From NCBI GenBank assembly GCA_963824385.1, contig CAWGPD010000001.1, forward strand, positions 101,615 through 165,614: DNA of 64,000 nucleotides, written 5' to 3'. This document shows, in pieces, positions 51,327-61,723 of this stretch. The notes below the pieces were generated by a model. The model was given only the letters and a program-made list of their open reading frames with translations. It did not search any database and was not told the DNA's origin. Position 1 is the stretch's first letter, and each line of letters opens with the position of its first letter. The stretch comes from an uncultured Nitrososphaerota archaeon (GTDB taxonomy: Archaea > Thermoproteota > Nitrososphaeria > Nitrososphaerales > Nitrosopumilaceae). A program made the translations under genes and the position numbers.

Positions 51327-52463
51327 ATGGATTATGATGTAGTAATAGCAGGCGGAAGTGTTGCAGGACTATTATGTGCTCGAGAGATTGCAGCAAAAAA
51401 CCACAAGGTTCTGGTAATAGAAGAAGACCATGAGATTGGAACTCCAGAGCATTGTGGAGGAGTAGTAAGCATTCCAGCAATGGACGACTTGGGAATAATT
51501 CCAATGAGGGCTACACTTGACAACAAGATACGTTCTGCCAAAATTGTGGCACCGTCTGGAAAAAGTTTTACACTTGATGCAAGACCACAACAGGTCATAG
51601 TCTTGGACAGACGCGAGTTTGACAAGCAGCTTGCCCATCAGGCCCAAGTCAACGGAGCAGAGATTAGAGTAAAATCATCACTAAGGGAGATAACAAAAGA
51701 CGGTGTAAGAACTTCAGACGGAGAAATAAAGTGCAAGATAATAGTAGATGCAAGAGGAGTATCATCTTTGATTCACAAGGACAGGACTGGTACACTCCAG
51801 TCAGCACAGTACGAAGTCTTTGCAGACTGGATAGACAAGGAAAGAATCGAAGTTTATCTAGATAAAGAAAAATATCCAGGATTTTTTGCGTGGGTCATAC
51901 CAACAAGAAGAGATGAAGCTAAAATCGGAGTTGCAGGAAGAGGAATAAATCCAGCACTTGCCATAGAAGAATTTCTCAATAAAAAAGGAAAATATTCAAC
52001 AATTAGAAAAATATTTGCCCCAATTTGGATTAAAGGTCCAATTAAGGAATTTGTCACAGGAAATGTAATCACAATAGGCGATGCCGCAGGACAGGCAAAG
52101 CCCACAACAGCAGGAGGAATTTACTCGTCTGGAATTGGCGGCATATTTGCAGGAAGATCAATTTCCAAATTCTTAGAATCTGGAAAAGAATCTAGTTTAT
52201 CAGAATACCAAAAAAAATGGACTGGAAAATTTGGTAAAGAGTTTGAGCATATGCTTCTTGCACGTTCTTTACTTGAGAGACTGGACAACAAATCAATTGA
52301 TTCAATATTTGATTCAATTACGCCAAACATACTAGAAGAGATCTCAAAGGAGGGAAGCTTTGATTTTCATACAGCATCAGTTGCAAAAATATTAGGAGTA
52401 CGTGGATCAGTCAAAGCAGTCCAGACAATTCTTGGAAATGAATTGCGAAGATTGTTGAACTAA
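51327..52463 (+). CDS. geranylgeranyl reductase family FAD oxidoreductase
   Basis: DVVIAGG..AG, IGTPEHCGG, YPGFFAWVIP, GDAAGQAKPTTAGGI. Confidence 0.88.
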   Translation: MDYDVVIAGGSVAGLLCAREIAAKNHKVLVIEEDHEIGTPEHCGGVVSIPAMDDLGIIPMRATLDNKIRSAKIVAPSGKSFTLDARPQQVIVLDRREFDKQLAHQAQVNGAEIRVKSSLREITKDGVRTSDGEIKCKIIVDARGVSSLIHKDRTGTLQSAQYEVFADWIDKERIEVYLDKEKYPGFFAWVIPTRRDEAKIGVAGRGINPALAIEEFLNKKGKYSTIRKIFAPIWIKGPIKEFVTGNVITIGDAAGQAKPTTAGGIYSSGIGGIFAGRSISKFLESGKESSLSEYQKKWTGKFGKEFEHMLLARSLLERLDNKSIDSIFDSITPNILEEISKEGSFDFHTASVAKILGVRGSVKAVQTILGNELRRLLN

Positions 52464-52513
52464 ATTATAAATGATAAGCAAGGTATAAATTCGGTCAAAC
52501 TGGCGTTTTTAAC

Positions 52514-52693
52514 ATGTCATCAACAATAGGATTACCTGTGTGCACTTCATGCCACAGACCAATAATGCCTAGAGACATGTGTGTAAAATTTAACTGTCCT
52601 GACTGTGGCTCATTACTACTTTGGAGATGCGAGAGTTGCAGAGAAGCAGTTAGAGTATACAAGTGCAGTTCATGCACCTTTGAAGGACCTTAA
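52514..52693 (+). CDS. DUF1610-type Zn-ribbon protein (not in ORF track)
   Basis: CTSC...FNCPDCG..WRCESCR..YKCSSC.FEGP, directly upstream of EF-1beta. Confidence 0.9.
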   Translation: MSSTIGLPVCTSCHRPIMPRDMCVKFNCPDCGSLLLWRCESCREAVRVYKCSSCTFEGP

Positions 52694-52697
52694 AGAA

Positions 52698-52979
52698 ATG
52701 GCACGACTCTCACTTCGAGCAAAAATTCTTCCAACTGGAACTGAAGTAGATCTAGATGAGGTTGCAAAAAAGATCCAAGGTACATTAAAGGAAGGAATAA
52801 CATTTTCAAAATATACAAAAGAGCCACTAGCATTTGGGCTCTATTTTCTTAATGTAGAATTTGCTCTAGACGATAAGGAAGGACAGATGGATTCACTTGA
52901 GAATGCAATTCGTTCAATCGATGGCGTTGGTGATTTTCAAGTATTAGGTTTAAGTCGAACGTCTGTTGATATGAAGTAG
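52698..52979 (+). CDS. ef1b: translation elongation factor aEF-1beta
   Basis: KILP..EVDLD, EPLAFGL, IDGV. Confidence 0.92.
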   Translation: MARLSLRAKILPTGTEVDLDEVAKKIQGTLKEGITFSKYTKEPLAFGLYFLNVEFALDDKEGQMDSLENAIRSIDGVGDFQVLGLSRTSVDMK

Positions 52980-52987
52980 GTGGCCTT

Positions 52988-55157
52988 TTGGTAAAAAAAG
53001 ACGAACTGCTTCAAATGCGGGTCGGGGAAGCAAAACAAAGAGATGTTGGAAAGAGACGAGCCAGAATAGAACCAGAGGCAATGCAGTTCTTAAAAGTAGA
53101 AGCAGGAGACATGATAGAGATCACAGGCAAGAGATCAAGCTGTGCCATAGTTTGGCCTGCCGATGATGACAACAAGTCACCAGATGTAATACGAATTGAT
53201 GGTCAGACAAGAAAGAATGCAGGTGTTGGAATTAACGATCTGGTAAATGTAAAAAAAATAGTTGCAAAACCCGCAAAAAGTGTAACACTGATGCCAGTTA
53301 ATGGAAACGTTACTGTAGACAAGGAATTTACAGATTTTGTAAAAAATAGACTCAGAGGATTACCTCTTTCAGAGGGAGATGAGATATCAGTCATGATTCT
53401 TGGAAATTCAATGGATTTTAAAATTCACAAGATTTCGCCAAAAGCCGTTGTAAAGATTGAGCGTAGTACTGCAGTTACCATACTGACTGAGACAACCACT
53501 GATAAAAAGATCAGAGTTACATTTGAAGAGATAGGCGGTCTCAAGTTACAGACAAAGAGAATGAGAGAGATTGTAGAACTTCCATTAAAGCATCCTGAAA
53601 TATTTACAAGACTTAACATCGAGCCTCACAGTGGCATACTGCTATACGGTCCACCCGGATGTGGCAAGACACTGATTGCCAAAGTATTAGCAAGCGAATC
53701 AGAGGCCAACTTTTATTCAATTAACGGTCCAGAGATTATGAACAAGTATTACGGAGAGACCGAAGCAAGACTAAGAGACATCTTCAAAGAAGCAAAAGAG
53801 AACTCGCCTAGTGTAATATTTATCGATGAGATTGATGCAATTGCTCCAAAAAGAGAGGAGGCATATGGAGATGTGGAAAAAAGAGTAGTTGCCCAACTCT
53901 TGGCATTGATGGATGGTCTTAACGAAAGAGGAAACGTCATTGTATTGGGAGCAACAAACAGACCAGAGAGTGTAGACCCTGCATTAAGAAGACCGGGTAG
54001 ATTTGACAGAGAAATTGAGATCTCAGTTCCCAATGCAGATGGAAGATTAGAGATATTACAAATTCATACGCGTGGTATGCCTTTACACAATGTTGATCTC
54101 AAAACACTTGCTGCAGAATTGCACGGATATACAGGAGCTGACATCAAATCACTTTGTAGAGAAGCTGCAATGAAAGCTGTTAGAACATACTTGCCTGAAA
54201 TAGAGAACGAGACTGAAAAAGTATCTCCAGAAATTTTACTAAAGCTAAAGATCACACTACAAGACTTCTATGATGCAATGCATGAAATTGTTCCAACTGC
54301 AATGCGTGAATTTTATGTTGAAAGTCCAAAAGTATGGTGGAGAGAAGTTGGAGGACTGGATGAAGCAAAAAGAATCTTGGAAGATAATTTGATAACTGCA
54401 ATCAAGGAACCTGCAAAGTTTCAAAAGATGGGAATCAGACCACCAAAGGGTGCATTACTATACGGCCCTTCAGGATGTGGAAAGACATTGCTTGCAAGAG
54501 CTCTTGCAACAGAGAGCGGTGCAAACATGATACTTGTAAGGGGACCAGAAATACTATCAAAATGGGTCGGGGAATCAGAAAAGGCAATTAGAGAAATATT
54601 CAGAAAGGCCAAGACTTCGTCACCATGTATCATAATATTTGATGAGCTTGACTCGCTTGCGCGCTCCAAATCAAGTGAAGAAGGAGGAATAGGAGAGAGA
54701 CTGCTCAGCCAACTCTTAACAGAGATGGAAGACGGTGGTGCTTCACGAGTTGTTGTATTAGGAATATCAAATAGACCAGATCTTATCGAATCCATCTTTG
54801 ATAAGACCAGGAAGACTAGACCTAGTAATTTTTGTTCCACCGCCAGACGAGAAGGGAAGATTTGAGATAATCAGATTGCTTACAAAACAGATGCCACTTT
54901 CTGGAGAGATTGACTTGAAAGAGATTGCAGTTGCGACAAAGGGGTATAGCGGTGCAGACTTGGTTGCAGTGTGCAGAGAAGCTGCAGTAAACGCAATGCG
55001 GAATAACACACCCAAAATTACAAGTGTTGATTTTTCCACTGCTCTAAAAAGTGTCAAGGCATCAATTACAAAAGTAGTAGAAGAGTGGTATTCAACAGTT
55101 AAGGATAATATATCATACGCATTACCAAAACCAATGGATAAGGCATTTTACGGTTAG
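52988..55157 (+). CDS. cdc48: CDC48/VCP AAA ATPase (frameshift near 54790)
   Basis: two Walker A motifs ([16 protein letters not shown]), [11 protein letters not shown]; second SRH split [15 protein letters not shown]. Confidence 0.95.
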
Positions 55158-55159
55158 AC

Positions 55160-55486
55160 ATGGCAGTACCACTGAGAAATACAATATATGAAAAAATAAA
55201 GATAGTAGGATCTCTTACTGATTCTGATTTATCAAAAGCTCTAATCAAGACAGGAATATCAATACCAGAAGACGAGTTTAACAAGATACTACTCAATTTA
55301 GAAATTTATGGCATGATCAAAGTAACATGGCTTACCAAGGACGAGCGTAGAATAGAGATATCTGAAAAAATAGAAGACGAGGACGAGATAGAAAGACAGA
55401 ACATGGAGAATCTGGAAAAAGAGTACGAATCAGGTTTTCCAGGTGTTGGTCAACAAGAAGAGATTTCAGAAGAAAACACTGGATAA
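55160..55486 (+). CDS. conserved winged-helix hypothetical protein
   Basis: FNKILLNLEIYGMIKVTW; acidic tail; follows cdc48. Confidence 0.7.
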   Translation: MAVPLRNTIYEKIKIVGSLTDSDLSKALIKTGISIPEDEFNKILLNLEIYGMIKVTWLTKDERRIEISEKIEDEDEIERQNMENLEKEYESGFPGVGQQEEISEENTG

Positions 55487-55589
55487 AATATTTTTTTCCC
55501 CAATCGATTCAAAAAATAATCGATCAATTTTTCAATAACAATGTTAATCAACATATTATAATCCCCCAAGGAAAACTTGTGTTGTAGAT

Positions 55590-56099
55590 ATGAGTCAGAC
55601 CATACTAAGCGACAAGAAAATTTTGATACTATCAATTGTAGCTGCAGCTACAACTGTCATTGGAGGAATATTACACTTGCAAATGGTTCCAAGAACATTA
55701 TCTGAGAGTTTAGCCCAGGGAATATTCTTCATAATTGGAGGACTGTTACAAATTTTCTGGGCAGTTCCAGTCATAAAACGATGGGGCAGAATATGGCAAA
55801 TTATTGGAATTGTAGGGACTATAGTATTGATTGCGTTATGGTATGCAAGTAGAGCACATTTAATCCCAGAAGGCGGAATACGTGAAGGAGGTCCACAGAA
55901 TCATCAATCAGGACAATTTCCAAGAGGGAATATGACAGGAGGGGAGTTGCCAAGAGAAGGTGGCCCGCCAAGAGGCATAGGGGCGCAGATTGGAAGAATG
56001 TTACCATCAGTCGAGATTGCTCAGTTTGCATTCATCGGATTGTACATAACTCTAAGCATAATGATTTCAAAAAAGACAAAGGAATCAAAACAGGTTTAA
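55590..56099 (+). CDS. four-TM membrane protein
   Basis: GGILHL, FFIIGGLLQ; Gly/Pro-rich loop. Confidence 0.7.
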   Translation: MSQTILSDKKILILSIVAAATTVIGGILHLQMVPRTLSESLAQGIFFIIGGLLQIFWAVPVIKRWGRIWQIIGIVGTIVLIALWYASRAHLIPEGGIREGGPQNHQSGQFPRGNMTGGELPREGGPPRGIGAQIGRMLPSVEIAQFAFIGLYITLSIMISKKTKESKQV

Positions 56100-56121
56100 T
56101 TTTTTCATTACCTAAAATAAT

Positions 56122-56463
56122 TTATTTACCAAGATCTTTCATATTGGCCTCAAGAATTACCAGTCTTCTTTGTGCAACGTCCATGACACGTTTTAAAACA
56201 TCAATCTCATTGCTGTTTTGCTTTCCCATCTCGTTTACACTGTCAAACAAAACTTGGGCCTCGTTTGTCAATCCACTATCTAGCTTATCCAGCCTAGTCA
56301 CAAGACGTATGTGATCCTCTTCTAATTTTTTTATCCTATTATTAGTTTCATCTATTTTTTTATTCACCGCGTCAATTTCATCATGAATTGATGCTAATTC
56401 TTCTTCGGCTTTGTTTGATGAGGATGAGCGAAATCTGTCCATCCCTGGCATTTTTGGACCCAC
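56122..56463 (-). CDS. coiled-coil hypothetical protein
   Basis: heptad-rich 113-aa ORF. Confidence 0.6.
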   Translation of the reverse strand: MGPKMPGMDRFRSSSSNKAEEELASIHDEIDAVNKKIDETNNRIKKLEEDHIRLVTRLDKLDSGLTNEAQVLFDSVNEMGKQNSNEIDVLKRVMDVAQRRLVILEANMKDLGK

Positions 56464-56570
56464 GATTGAAGGTATCCTCAGTTCCTAGTTAAGGATATAG
56501 TAGCAACAGAATAGGGCATGTACAAAGATCAGATGGGAAATATCTACCTGAATAGCCATGTAATGAATTT

Positions 56571-56951
56571 TTATGATGAATGATTTGATTTGCCTACCAT
56601 GTTTTGAATTGTTTTCTCAAGAGATAGCATGTCAGTTGTTTTATGTATTGAACAGTTTACACCATTGTCTTGCAATATTTTTAGTTCACCTTCTGAAATA
56701 TCGCCTGCTGAAAATACAAGTATTTTATTTTCAGGCATTTTGCCTGTCTGTATCAGTGATTTGACAATATCATATCCTGAAAATTTTGGCATGGCAAGAT
56801 CTAACAGTATGGCATCAAACTTTTGGTCTAAAATCATTGCCAGTCCTTCCCTTCCATCGTTTGAGACCAGACACTCATGACCACGAGAATTCAGATACTC
56901 CCTAATCATGGTAGTAATAGTTCGATTGTCATCTATTGCAAGAATTCTCAA
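56571..56951 (-). CDS. single-domain response regulator (REC)
   Basis: ILAIDD, LLDLAMP..SG, FSA, HK. Confidence 0.9.
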   Translation of the reverse strand: MRILAIDDNRTITTMIREYLNSRGHECLVSNDGREGLAMILDQKFDAILLDLAMPKFSGYDIVKSLIQTGKMPENKILVFSAGDISEGELKILQDNGVNCSIHKTTDMLSLEKTIQNMVGKSNHSS

Positions 56952-57035
56952 CTATATACAACCAAATCAAATGTCCTTAATAATTTTAGGTTTCAAGAAT
57001 ACTTGTATGTGTTTGAAGTATAATTGGCACTGAAA

Positions 57036-57917
57036 TTATTTCATTACCGGAAAGTGAAATGCCGCATCAAGTGCAATTGCCACAAATATTATTGTAAGAT
57101 ATGGAGCAGTCACCTTGTATGCCTTCCATGCAAACTCTGAAGTTGGAGTCTTTGTCAACTTGTAATGATACACAAACATCAAACCTCCTGACACCAGAGC
57201 AGTTGCCAGATACACGTAACCCAATCCAAATGCCACAAGCATAACAGAATATGGCAACAAGATAGCAGTGTTAAGTAAGATATACTTGGAAGTTTTTTGC
57301 ATTCCAATTAGTACTGGAAGCATTGGAACTTTGGCAGCTGTATATTCTTCTTTCATCTTCATTGCAAGACACCAAAAGTGAGAAGGTGTCCAGACAAAAA
57401 CTAGAGTACCTACCAATGCACCCAGTATATCCATAGAGCCTGTTGCTGCAGACCATCCTGCCATGGCTGCACAGCTTCCTGCAAATCCTCCAATTACAAT
57501 ATTGGACCAGTTATTACGTTTGAGCCAGACCGTGTAGATTATCACATAGAAAAATATCCCCAAAGCAATGAAAAATGTTGATACCGGATTTATTGTAAAC
57601 CATGCATATACTACAGAGATGCAGCTTACTGCCAGTCCATAGATCAAAACATTTCGTGCGGACATTCTTCCAGAAGGAATTGGCCTAGTACTGGTTCGTT
57701 TCATCAACGGATCAATGTCTCTATCATAATAGTGATTCAGAGCACTTGATCCCGCAGATGAGAGCGCACCTGCAATTATGAGATTAAAAAATACAGCATA
57801 GTTCAGTGGTGCGTGCATTATCAGTATGCTTGCAGCATACATCGAGGTAATTGCTGTAATAACAAGTAAAACTATGATTCTAGGTTTCGATATTTCCAGT
57901 ACTTCCTTTAATCCCAC
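57036..57917 (-). CDS. cyoE: protoheme IX farnesyltransferase (heme o synthase)
   Basis: KPRI, NHYYDRDID..MKRT..RPIPSG, NIVIGG, WTPSHFW. Confidence 0.93.
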   Translation of the reverse strand: MGLKEVLEISKPRIIVLLVITAITSMYAASILIMHAPLNYAVFFNLIIAGALSSAGSSALNHYYDRDIDPLMKRTSTRPIPSGRMSARNVLIYGLAVSCISVVYAWFTINPVSTFFIALGIFFYVIIYTVWLKRNNWSNIVIGGFAGSCAAMAGWSAATGSMDILGALVGTLVFVWTPSHFWCLAMKMKEEYTAAKVPMLPVLIGMQKTSKYILLNTAILLPYSVMLVAFGLGYVYLATALVSGGLMFVYHYKLTKTPTSEFAWKAYKVTAPYLTIIFVAIALDAAFHFPVMK

Positions 57918-58001
57918 GGTTCTTGGGCAATTTGTAGGGAATTTAATTTCTTCGAAGATTCCCCTTTTCCCACAGTTCAAAAGAATTAAGTATTACACAA
58001 C

Positions 58002-59129
58002 GTGAAACTACCTCAAATGAGTGACTGGGACCTAATGATGCCAGGAATGGGACTATCGGCAATAGGTCTTGCGGGAGTTATTTTATCATACATGGGCATT
58101 GCCAATACGTTCCTTACAGGAATGCAGGCATTGTCAGGATTGACATTGTTTGTAGGGTTAGTATTTTTATCAGCTGGAATACTTAGTGGTGGAGTATCAA
58201 CTAGCGGACGTGCAAAAGCAACCACTCTTGTAATCTTTGGCATAGCTGGATTTGTTGCAACATATGCCATCAGTTTGAATAAAGCAATCACATCATTGCC
58301 ACTATTTGTTGGAATACTCATAATGATACTTGTTCCAACCATAGTAATTGCATTTACTGCAATGAAAATTCCAAAATATCTTAAACCGATTGCAGTAATA
58401 TTTGTACTAGCATCTTTGACTGCAATCACATCATATACAGTATTTGGTTTTGTCGGACCAGGAGCTCAATTTTCATTTCACACACCTGGACAGAATTTAA
58501 CACAAGCTGCAGCACCCAATGCCACCACTACCTCAACTGCTCCAGTTGTCACAGTCAACATTCCACTCAACTCATCACAGCAAGGAAATCCAAACTTTAC
58601 TCCGAATACTATTACGGTTCCCAAGGGCGATATTATACAGTGGACAAATAATGATAAAGTGCCACACACCGTAACTAGTGCACCAGATGGTTCAACATGG
58701 GATTCCGGAATAATATCAGCAGGCAAATCATACCAGTTGGATACATCAAAACTTAATGCTACAGAATATGATTATCTTTGTACAGTACATCCGTTTATGA
58801 CAGGAAAAATAATCATAACAGGTCCTGTCAAACCAGTATTTGCAAATGTAACAATAGCAGCTGGAGCTGCAACACAAGCTACCAGTCAGAAATATTTTGA
58901 TCCTCCACAAATTCCAGTTAAGACTGGAACTACCGTATCTTGGACAAATAAAGACAGTGTGGCACATACGGTAACCAGTGGAGATCCTAATGCCGGTCCA
59001 TCAGGAATATTTGATTCTAACTTGATAAAACCTGGAAATACATTTACCCATGAATTTGATTCTGTTGGAACAACTCCATACTATTGTACAATTCATCCAT
59101 GGATGACTGGAAAAGTTACGGTAGGATGA
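58002..59129 (+). CDS. membrane-anchored blue copper protein with two cupredoxin domains
   Basis: five TM helices; HTVTS...YLCTVHPFM and HTVTS...YYCTIHPWM type-1 Cu sites. Confidence 0.9.
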   Translation: MKLPQMSDWDLMMPGMGLSAIGLAGVILSYMGIANTFLTGMQALSGLTLFVGLVFLSAGILSGGVSTSGRAKATTLVIFGIAGFVATYAISLNKAITSLPLFVGILIMILVPTIVIAFTAMKIPKYLKPIAVIFVLASLTAITSYTVFGFVGPGAQFSFHTPGQNLTQAAAPNATTTSTAPVVTVNIPLNSSQQGNPNFTPNTITVPKGDIIQWTNNDKVPHTVTSAPDGSTWDSGIISAGKSYQLDTSKLNATEYDYLCTVHPFMTGKIIITGPVKPVFANVTIAAGAATQATSQKYFDPPQIPVKTGTTVSWTNKDSVAHTVTSGDPNAGPSGIFDSNLIKPGNTFTHEFDSVGTTPYYCTIHPWMTGKVTVG

Positions 59130-59536
59130 TAGTAAAGTCAATAGTTTTATCTAAAAATCAAATTGATACACTAAAACAGCATTCCCAAAAAAATTCTCCA
59201 AACGAGGCATGTGCCATATTATTTGGCAAAACAGATAATGATAACATTACAGTCAAGGAAGTTTTTCTAACAAAAAACATAGAAAACTCACCAGTGAGTT
59301 TTACAATAGCACCTGAGGAATTAATACACGCATATGATGCTTCAGAGAAGAAAAATCTAGAGGTAAGTGCAATATTTCATTCCCATCCAGGATCTGTAGC
59401 ATATCCATCAGCAACTGACAAGAAATACATGCAAATCAATCCAGTACCATGGATTATTTTTTCAAATATACATGACGAGTTTAAAGCATATATCTACGAT
59501 TTGGATTTAGTACCAGTTCCAGTAAAGATTTTGTAA
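59126..59536 (+). CDS. JAMM/MPN+ metalloprotease
   Basis: PNEAC, FHSHP...PS.TD. Confidence 0.9.
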   Translation: MIVKSIVLSKNQIDTLKQHSQKNSPNEACAILFGKTDNDNITVKEVFLTKNIENSPVSFTIAPEELIHAYDASEKKNLEVSAIFHSHPGSVAYPSATDKKYMQINPVPWIIFSNIHDEFKAYIYDLDLVPVPVKIL

Positions 59537-59538
59537 TT

Positions 59539-59634
59539 TTACTTTTTGTGAACGTGTTTATGTCGTTCTAGGTGGTCCTTGTCTGTAAAAGTGGTATCAC
59601 AGTCTTTACATTTGAATTCGTGCTTGCCCCACAT
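59539..59634 (-). CDS. 31-aa single C2H2 zinc-finger microprotein (not in ORF track)
   Basis: MWGKHEFKCKDCDTTFTDKDHLERHKHVHKK. Confidence 0.75.
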   Translation of the reverse strand: MWGKHEFKCKDCDTTFTDKDHLERHKHVHKK

Positions 59635-59667
59635 CGACAATTATTGGGCAAACTAATCTAAAAGGGT

Positions 59668-60057
59668 TTAGCAAGATGATCTTAGAGTTATTTTTTTACC
59701 ATCAAGATTTATTGGAATTTTTACATTTTTTGATGTAATTCTTCCAATTACATTCACAGGAGAATAAGGCTTGATCTCACCTTTGTTTCCAATCGGAGTT
59801 GGTCCAAAGAATAAGCAGATAGCTTGTCCAGGAGGCCAATATGCAACATCAAGCAGATTTACCAAAGGTTTTGAGTTTTCTTCTTGTACTATAACAGGAA
59901 TTAGATCAGTGTAGAGTTCTTGGCCCCAGACATGAGCAGTTACAGAAATTGGCAGGTTGCCAAGAATTGTTTTTACGGTATGAGGTGCAAGCGAATCATC
60001 AAGTTCAATCTCCAGAGATCTATCTTGTGGAAGATCAATTGTTATTTTATACAACAT
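59668..60057 (-). CDS. cyclophilin-like fold protein (DUF369-like)
   Basis: WGQELY, VAYWPPGQAICLFFGPTP, SPVNVIG. Confidence 0.85.
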   Translation of the reverse strand: MLYKITIDLPQDRSLEIELDDSLAPHTVKTILGNLPISVTAHVWGQELYTDLIPVIVQEENSKPLVNLLDVAYWPPGQAICLFFGPTPIGNKGEIKPYSPVNVIGRITSKNVKIPINLDGKKITLRSSC

Positions 60058-60066
60058 GATAGAAAC

Positions 60067-60903
60067 TTAGGCAAGTGATGCTAGAGCACGCGTGACATCA
60101 GTTTTGCTTATAATTCCTGAGATCTTGCTATGCTCATCAAGTACTCCAAGTGCACTTACATTGTGATTAATCATTACCCTACATGCTTTTGCGAGGTCTT
60201 GATTATGATGTATTGAAAATATACCTCTTGTCATAATTTCACTTGCCAGTGTTATTGCTCCAAATCCTTCAGATGCGATAAAACCTTTCTGTATATGATC
60301 TGATAACGTATAATCATCTGAGAAATCCTCTACTCCAAGTTCAAGTGAGACCCTAAAGAAATCTCGAAAAGATATAACGCCAAGGTGATTATCATGTTGA
60401 TCTTTAGTGATTATTCGCGATATTTTATGCTCTAGCATCTTTGCCATAACTCGCGTTAGTGAAGCAGTGTCATGCACTGTAAATACGTGATCAGTCATAT
60501 AATCTGAAACCGCATATTTTTTTGCATAATGAATGGAATAAAATTTTGCAAGATCAGTCTTTGTAAATATTCCCTCAAGATTATTTTCGGTTCCTACTGC
60601 AAGTGAGCTTATATTTTTTTCAAGCATCTTCTTTGCACATAATGCAACTGATGTTGTACTATCTGTGTATTCCAGTCTTTTCATAATTTGTGCAAGCGGT
60701 ATTCTGTCAAGACTTTGATGAGATTTTTCTGTAAACAGGAAAATGCCAACATCTTTTTCTGTTACAATACCAACGGATTTGTGTTCATTAGTTACCACAA
60801 GACGACTTTTGTTAAGATCAAGTAGTTTTGATATTACCTGTGAAATGCTAGAATTCTCTTCAATAGACAGTGGTTTATGCATCAGGTCTTTGGCAGTAGT
60901 CAT
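60067..60903 (-). CDS. four-CBS-domain protein
   Basis: repeated GI(V/F/I)(T/S)..D motifs. Confidence 0.88.
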   Translation of the reverse strand: MTTAKDLMHKPLSIEENSSISQVISKLLDLNKSRLVVTNEHKSVGIVTEKDVGIFLFTEKSHQSLDRIPLAQIMKRLEYTDSTTSVALCAKKMLEKNISSLAVGTENNLEGIFTKTDLAKFYSIHYAKKYAVSDYMTDHVFTVHDTASLTRVMAKMLEHKISRIITKDQHDNHLGVISFRDFFRVSLELGVEDFSDDYTLSDHIQKGFIASEGFGAITLASEIMTRGIFSIHHNQDLAKACRVMINHNVSALGVLDEHSKISGIISKTDVTRALASLA

Positions 60904-61176
60904 AGAAATATCTTGTACAAATATGCATAAAAACTAGGGATTAATTATCATGTCTGAAAATTACAAGATTTTCTATTTGCCAAAAATTTGAAAATAAATT
61001 GTGTAACAGGGACGTATTTTGTCGATTCTTATTTAGAGTGCGTAAAATATCATAAAATCAGATTCAGATCACACATTACAATATGGCTTCAACTCTCATG
61101 CCTATTGGTTTTAATTACCAACCATTACCGATAATTACCAATAGGTATATAAGATAATACCTTTCATAGGGAATAC

Positions 61177-61617
61177 ATGAGTAAATCAACACCGGAACCA
61201 AGAGAGTTCAATACTGAAACAAAAGAAATCCACTCAGTCTACAAGCATAGCGCAGACAGATTTTTTGATGAGGTAGAAAAATCAATACCACAATATCATC
61301 AATCAATAACAAATCTTCAGCGTTCATACATTGCAGCATGGAAAAAGGCAGTAGAATCTACCATATCCATGACTCAGGAATTTGCAAGCAAATGCGGCAT
61401 GAGCACAGGCGTTACATCAGCAATGTCAAAGATAGTAAATGACACAACTGAAGAAATCGTCAAGGCACAAACAATACAAAATAAAGCAATACTGACTGCA
61501 ATTGATGCTACTCAGCAATCAATCAACACATTCAACGAGAATACAAAATTGTTTACTGGGCTAGACCAAGGCATAATGCAATATTGGATTAAAGCATGCA
61601 CACCTACACGAAACTAG
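61177..61617 (+). CDS. amphipathic helical protein, possibly a phasin-like PHA granule protein
   Basis: all-helical, Gln/Thr/Ala-rich, PQYHQSITNLQ..Y..AW. Confidence 0.45.
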   Translation: MSKSTPEPREFNTETKEIHSVYKHSADRFFDEVEKSIPQYHQSITNLQRSYIAAWKKAVESTISMTQEFASKCGMSTGVTSAMSKIVNDTTEEIVKAQTIQNKAILTAIDATQQSINTFNENTKLFTGLDQGIMQYWIKACTPTRN

Positions 61618-61723
61618 TGTAAAGGAGCTTTTATCTTTTTTATTTTGAATAATTATACATGAAAATTTTTGTTTTAAAACAGAGAATAGATAAAAACGTA
61701 AAACAGTCGCAGGTTTATGCGAT

